Shown here: one piece after another, positions 57,365 to 64,000 of the stretch
Numbering within the stretch: the first letter of the stretch is position 1
Layout: each line of letters begins with the position of its first letter
Source: the human T2T-CHM13v2.0 reference genome, Homo sapiens
Direction: 5' to 3' (one strand)
NCBI RefSeq assembly: GCF_009914755.1
Contig: NC_060943.1
Length of the DNA: 64,000 nucleotides
Translations under genes and position numbers: made by a program
The notes under the pieces: generated by a model
What the model saw: only the letters and a program-made list of their open reading frames with translations
Told to the model about the DNA's origin: nothing
The model's database searches: none

Positions 57365-57807
57365 TAAGTTAATTGACTGTTATGTAATCACTGAGACCTC
57401 TGGACAACAGTGGGCTATTAGTAGTTAAGATTTTTTGTTTTGAGACAGGATCTCACTCTGTTGCCCAGGCTGGAGTACAGTGGTATGATCATGGCTCACT
57501 GCAGACTTGACCTCCCAACTCAAGCAATCCTCCCACCACTGCCTCCTGAGTAGCTGGGATTACAGGTGTGCGCCACCACACTCAACTAATTTTTACAATT
57601 TTTATAGAGGCTGGGTTTCCCTCTATTTTCCAGGCTGATCTCAAACTCCTGGGCTCAAGCAATCCTCCCACCTCGGCCTCCCAAAGTGCTGGAATTACAG
57701 AGGTGAGCCACTGCACCTGGCTGGATTTTGGGGGTGTCAAAAGTAGCCTGGCAGGGTGGCTCACGCCTGTAATCCCAGCACTTTGGGAGGCCGAGGTGGG
57801 CAGATCA

Positions 57808-58116
<309 letters not shown>

Positions 58117-58422
58117 TCACTTGAGCCCGGGAGATCAAGAACAGCAAAAAGAAAAAAAAAAAAGAAAGAAAAAAAATACCAGCTGGGTGTGGTGGCACTC
58201 ATTTGTAGTCCCAGCTACTCAGGAGGCTGAGGTGGGACGATCACTTGAGCCCAGCAGTTCAAGGTTATATGAGCTATGATTGTGCTACCACACTCTGGCT
58301 TGGGTGACAGAGTGAGACCCTATCTCAAAAATAAAAAAATAAAAAATAAAAAGCACTCTGGCCAGGCGCAGTGGCTCATGCCTGTAATCCCAGCAATTTG
58401 GGAAGCCAAGGCGGGTGGATCA

Positions 58423-58632
<210 letters not shown>

Positions 58633-59049
58633 TCATCTCAAAAAAAATAAATAAATAAAAATAAACATAAAAAGCACTGCAATGACTTTCATATGCACCT
58701 AGGATTAAGACCTTAATTTAAATTTTCAGGGCCAGGCTCGGTGGCTCATGCCTGTAATCCTAGCACTTTGGGAGGCCATGGTGGGAGGACTGGTTGAGCC
58801 CAGGAGTCCAATACCAGCCCTGACAACATAGCCAGACACTGTCTCTATAAAAAAATTTAAAAATTAACCAGGCATGGTAGTATACACCTGTCTGTGTTCT
58901 CATTCCTTGGGAGGCTGAGGTGGGAGGATCACATGAGCCTGGGAGGTCCAAGCTACAGTAAACCAAGTTCATGCCACACACTCCAGCCTGAGCAACACAG
59001 CAAGACCCTGACTCAAAACAAAAAAACAAAAACAAAAACAAAAAAACTA

Positions 59050-59826
<777 letters not shown>

Positions 59827-60609
59827 ATCTGTGTGCTGATGGCTCCCCAATGTTCACCTCAATCCCTGGGCCCCAGCCTTTATACCTAACTGCCACTTTG
59901 GCATATACCCAGCCATCTCAAACATAATTTGCTCCAAACTGATATCCTTGCTTAAACTTGATCCTCTCCATCCTATCCAATCGCACCACTACTACTGGCC
60001 ATTCAGGCTACAAACCTAGGAGACATTTCTGAGTCCACTATGTCCCTCACTCTCCTATTCAATCCATCAACTAGTCTAGGTGACTACTTCCAAATCCATC
60101 CCAAATGCATCTCTTTCTATCTGAAGCCACCACCTCAATCTATGACTTGGATACCTATCAAGCCTCCCACTTTTGCCCTTCCTGCCTCCAGTCAGTTCTC
60201 CCCACTATGGCCAGAGGGAGCTTTTTTTTTTTTTTTTTGGAGACAGAGTCTCACTCTGTTCCCCAGGCTGGAGTGCAATGGCGCATCTCGGCTCACTGCA
60301 ACCTCCGCCTCCCCAGTTCAAGTTGGTTCTCATGCCTCAGCCTCCCGAGTAGCTGGGACTACAGGTGTGTGCCACCACACCCAGCTAATTTTTTGTATTT
60401 TAGTAGAGATGGGGTTTCATCATGTTGCTCAGGGTGGTCTCGAACTCCTGAGTTCAAGCAATCCACCCATCTTGGCCTCCCAAAGTGCTAGGATTACAGG
60501 TGTGAGCCACCACACCCAGCCAGAGGGAGCTTTTAAACTAAAATTAGGCCAGGCGCTGTGGCTCACGCCTGTAATCCCAGCACTTTGGGAGGCTGAAGCA
60601 GGTGGATCA

Positions 60610-60822
<213 letters not shown>

Positions 60823-61341
60823 CTAAATAAATAAATAAATCAACTAAAATTAGTGATTTCTGCCTAAAATCGCTAACGGCATATCACACTTAAAATCAGA
60901 GACTGGGCACACTGGCTCATGCCTGTAATCCCAACACTTTGGGAGACCAAGGTAGGAGGATCACTTGAGCCCAGGGATTCAAGACCAGCCTGGGCAACAT
61001 AGAGAGACCCCATCTCTACAAAAAAATTAAGAATTATCCAGGCATGGTGGTGAATGCCTGTCATCTCAGGTACTCAGGAGACTGAGGCTGGAGGATCCTT
61101 TAAGGTCAGTAGTTAGAGGTTGCAGTGAACCATGACTGCACTTGTGAATAGCCACTGCACTCTAGCCTGGGCAACATACTGAGATCCTGTCTCTAAAAAT
61201 AAATAAATAGCCAGGGAGCAGTGGCTCATGCCTATAATCCTAGTGCTTTGGAAGTCCAAGTGGGGAGGATCGCTTGAGCCCAGGAGTTCAAGACCAGCCT
61301 GGACAACATAGCAGGACACGATCTTTACAAAAATTATTTTA

Positions 61342-61500
<159 letters not shown>

Positions 61501-61714
61501 CTAAAAAATAAAAATAAATAAATAAAATCAGATAGGGTCTACCCCTCTAAACTCAACTCCTACCACTGGCAGCTTCAGCTACACTGTTTCTGAAAGAAAC
61601 TAAGTTTATCCCATCTCAGAACCTTTGTACTTGCTTTTCTCTCTGTCTAGAGCTTTCTTCCTCCAGATCTGCCCACAGCTGTCTCTGGTCATTTCAATGA
61701 AAGGTCTTCTTTGA

Positions 61715-61885
<171 letters not shown>

Positions 61886-62563
61886 TAGGACTACAGGCGT
61901 GCACCACTACGCCCAGATAATTTTTTGTAGAGAACAGGGTCTTGCTATGTTGCCAAGGCTGGTCTCGAAACTCCTGGGCTCAAGCGAAATTCCCGACACC
62001 ATTAACGCATTTTTAGTAACTTATCAGTATCTGAAATCACCTGTTTCGTTTATTTCTAATTTGTTCAAAGTCTGGTTCCCCCAGGAGATGAGAGATTTTT
62101 ATCTATCTTCCTCATTGCTGTGTCTCCAGCACCAAGGACAGTGCCTGGTATATGACAGATGCCTAACGAGTAACAACTGAACGGAAACAAGCCTCAATTT
62201 CAAAAAAACACCTATAAATCTGAACCCCGAGGTATGGTGTACGTACAACAGCTTTGAAACCGGCTGCCAGGATTCTGGGTCTCTTGGGGGAAAAAGGCAG
62301 ACGCGGATTCCAAATCCTGCCCGGTTGCCGACTTGCGGCGTGACCTCTCGCGAGGTCATCTGCAAAATGGGAGACTGGGGGCGTGAGGCGGCTGGCACAA
62401 GACAGGCGGCCTTTCCCAGCGCGTCCCCGCCCCCACTACGAAAGGTCATGGCGCCCTGGCCCTGCAGCTGGGTCCCTCCAGGGCTGCCCTCTCGCGCTGC
62501 CGGGTCCTGAAGGGCCCGCCTGCAGCCCAGCAGTTCGCGTTCGCCTACCCGCGCGCGACCTAC

Positions 62564-62640
62564 CTACTCACGCGGCCAGCCGCGGACTCCAGGCCAGCTC
62601 TGTCTTGTTGCTGGGCGCTGCCATATTGGCCCAGAGAGCG
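62564..62640 (-). other. ECSIT: ECSIT non-coding exon 1 (donor at 62572 GC|GTGAGT or 62564 AG|GTAGGT; TSS approximate)
   Basis: Only CpG island upstream of exon 2 (~62250-62800). Tandem donors GTGAGTAGGTAGGT, YY1-like AATATGGC motif, CCAAT and GC box upstream. Confidence 0.75.
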
Positions 62641-62842
62641 TCCGGGTCAGGGAGCTCCAGGGAGGTAGCAAATCAAGAAAGCTGGTGTAATAGGTCCCGC
62701 CCACAACGCGAGGTGGGCCAATAGGAAGGCGGAAGGATCTGGGACCCGCCTCATAACGAGCCAGGCCCAGCCTCTAATGAGGCAAGACGCACTCCAGACC
62801 TGGGAACCTTGAAATGGCCCGGGAGGCTGGACTTGGGAGTCA

Positions 62843-63175
<333 letters not shown>

Positions 63176-63323
63176 CTAAAAATAGTAATAATAAATAAAT
63201 AGGGCAGGGCGCGGTGGCTCACGCCTGTAATCCCAACACTTTGGGAGGCCGAGGCCTGCGGATCACCTGAGGTCAGGAGTTCGAGACCAGCCTGGCCAAC
63301 ATGATGAAACCCCGTCTCTACTA

Positions 63324-63871
<548 letters not shown>

Positions 63872-64000
63872 TTAGGCTGTTAATAACTAAGGTGGATAAG
63901 CACATAAAATGGGCTATTGGCAATAACAGTGTCCCCCGGGAAGGAAGGCTATCTGCCCTCATAAGCCCATTTCTGCAGTCCCTCAGCCTCTGTGGCGCAG

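Noticed and set aside
62099-62449. 116-aa minus-strand ORF in ECSIT intron 1
   Set aside because: No recognisable homology, and the 3' part runs into L2-like repeat sequence.

Overview
Human-type, GC- and Alu-rich genomic DNA that I recognise as the chr19p13.2 ELAVL3-ZNF653-ECSIT locus. All three genes are on the minus strand in tandem. ECSIT is complete: non-coding exon 1 at ~62.6 kb and coding exons 2-8 from 52673 to 39687, which sum to 1296 nt = 431 aa. ZNF653 is complete: 9 exons from 39289 to 17190, which sum to 1848 nt = 615 aa, with an AT-hook-like motif and 5 C2H2 fingers. Only exons 1-2 of the neuronal RNA-binding protein gene ELAVL3/HuC are in the window. All splice junctions were read by hand and their phases add up. 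Introns contain MIR7974, a 7SL pseudogene, full-length RPL18A and RPS12 processed pseudogenes nested inside one Tigger2-type DNA transposon, MaLR and MER21 LTRs, MER5, L1/L2/MIR relics and very many Alus. There is no prokaryote-type system such as CRISPR. Most notable observations: (1) a candidate 31-nt poison exon in ZNF653 intron 3 behind a long CU-rich AG-free tract, next to miR-7974; (2) the ECSIT poly(A) site lies inside the ZNF653 core promoter; (3) an inverted-Alu-flanked ECSIT exon 3-4 unit that would form a stop-free 642-nt circle; (4) a splice-invariant strong-Kozak uORF in ECSIT; (5) a RE1/HES/X-box/CCAAT/CTCF motif cluster between ZNF653 and ELAVL3; (6) a YCAY cluster and a NAGNAG acceptor at ELAVL3 exon 2. 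Repeat-family names and gene identities come from my recall of consensus and protein sequences, not from a database search.
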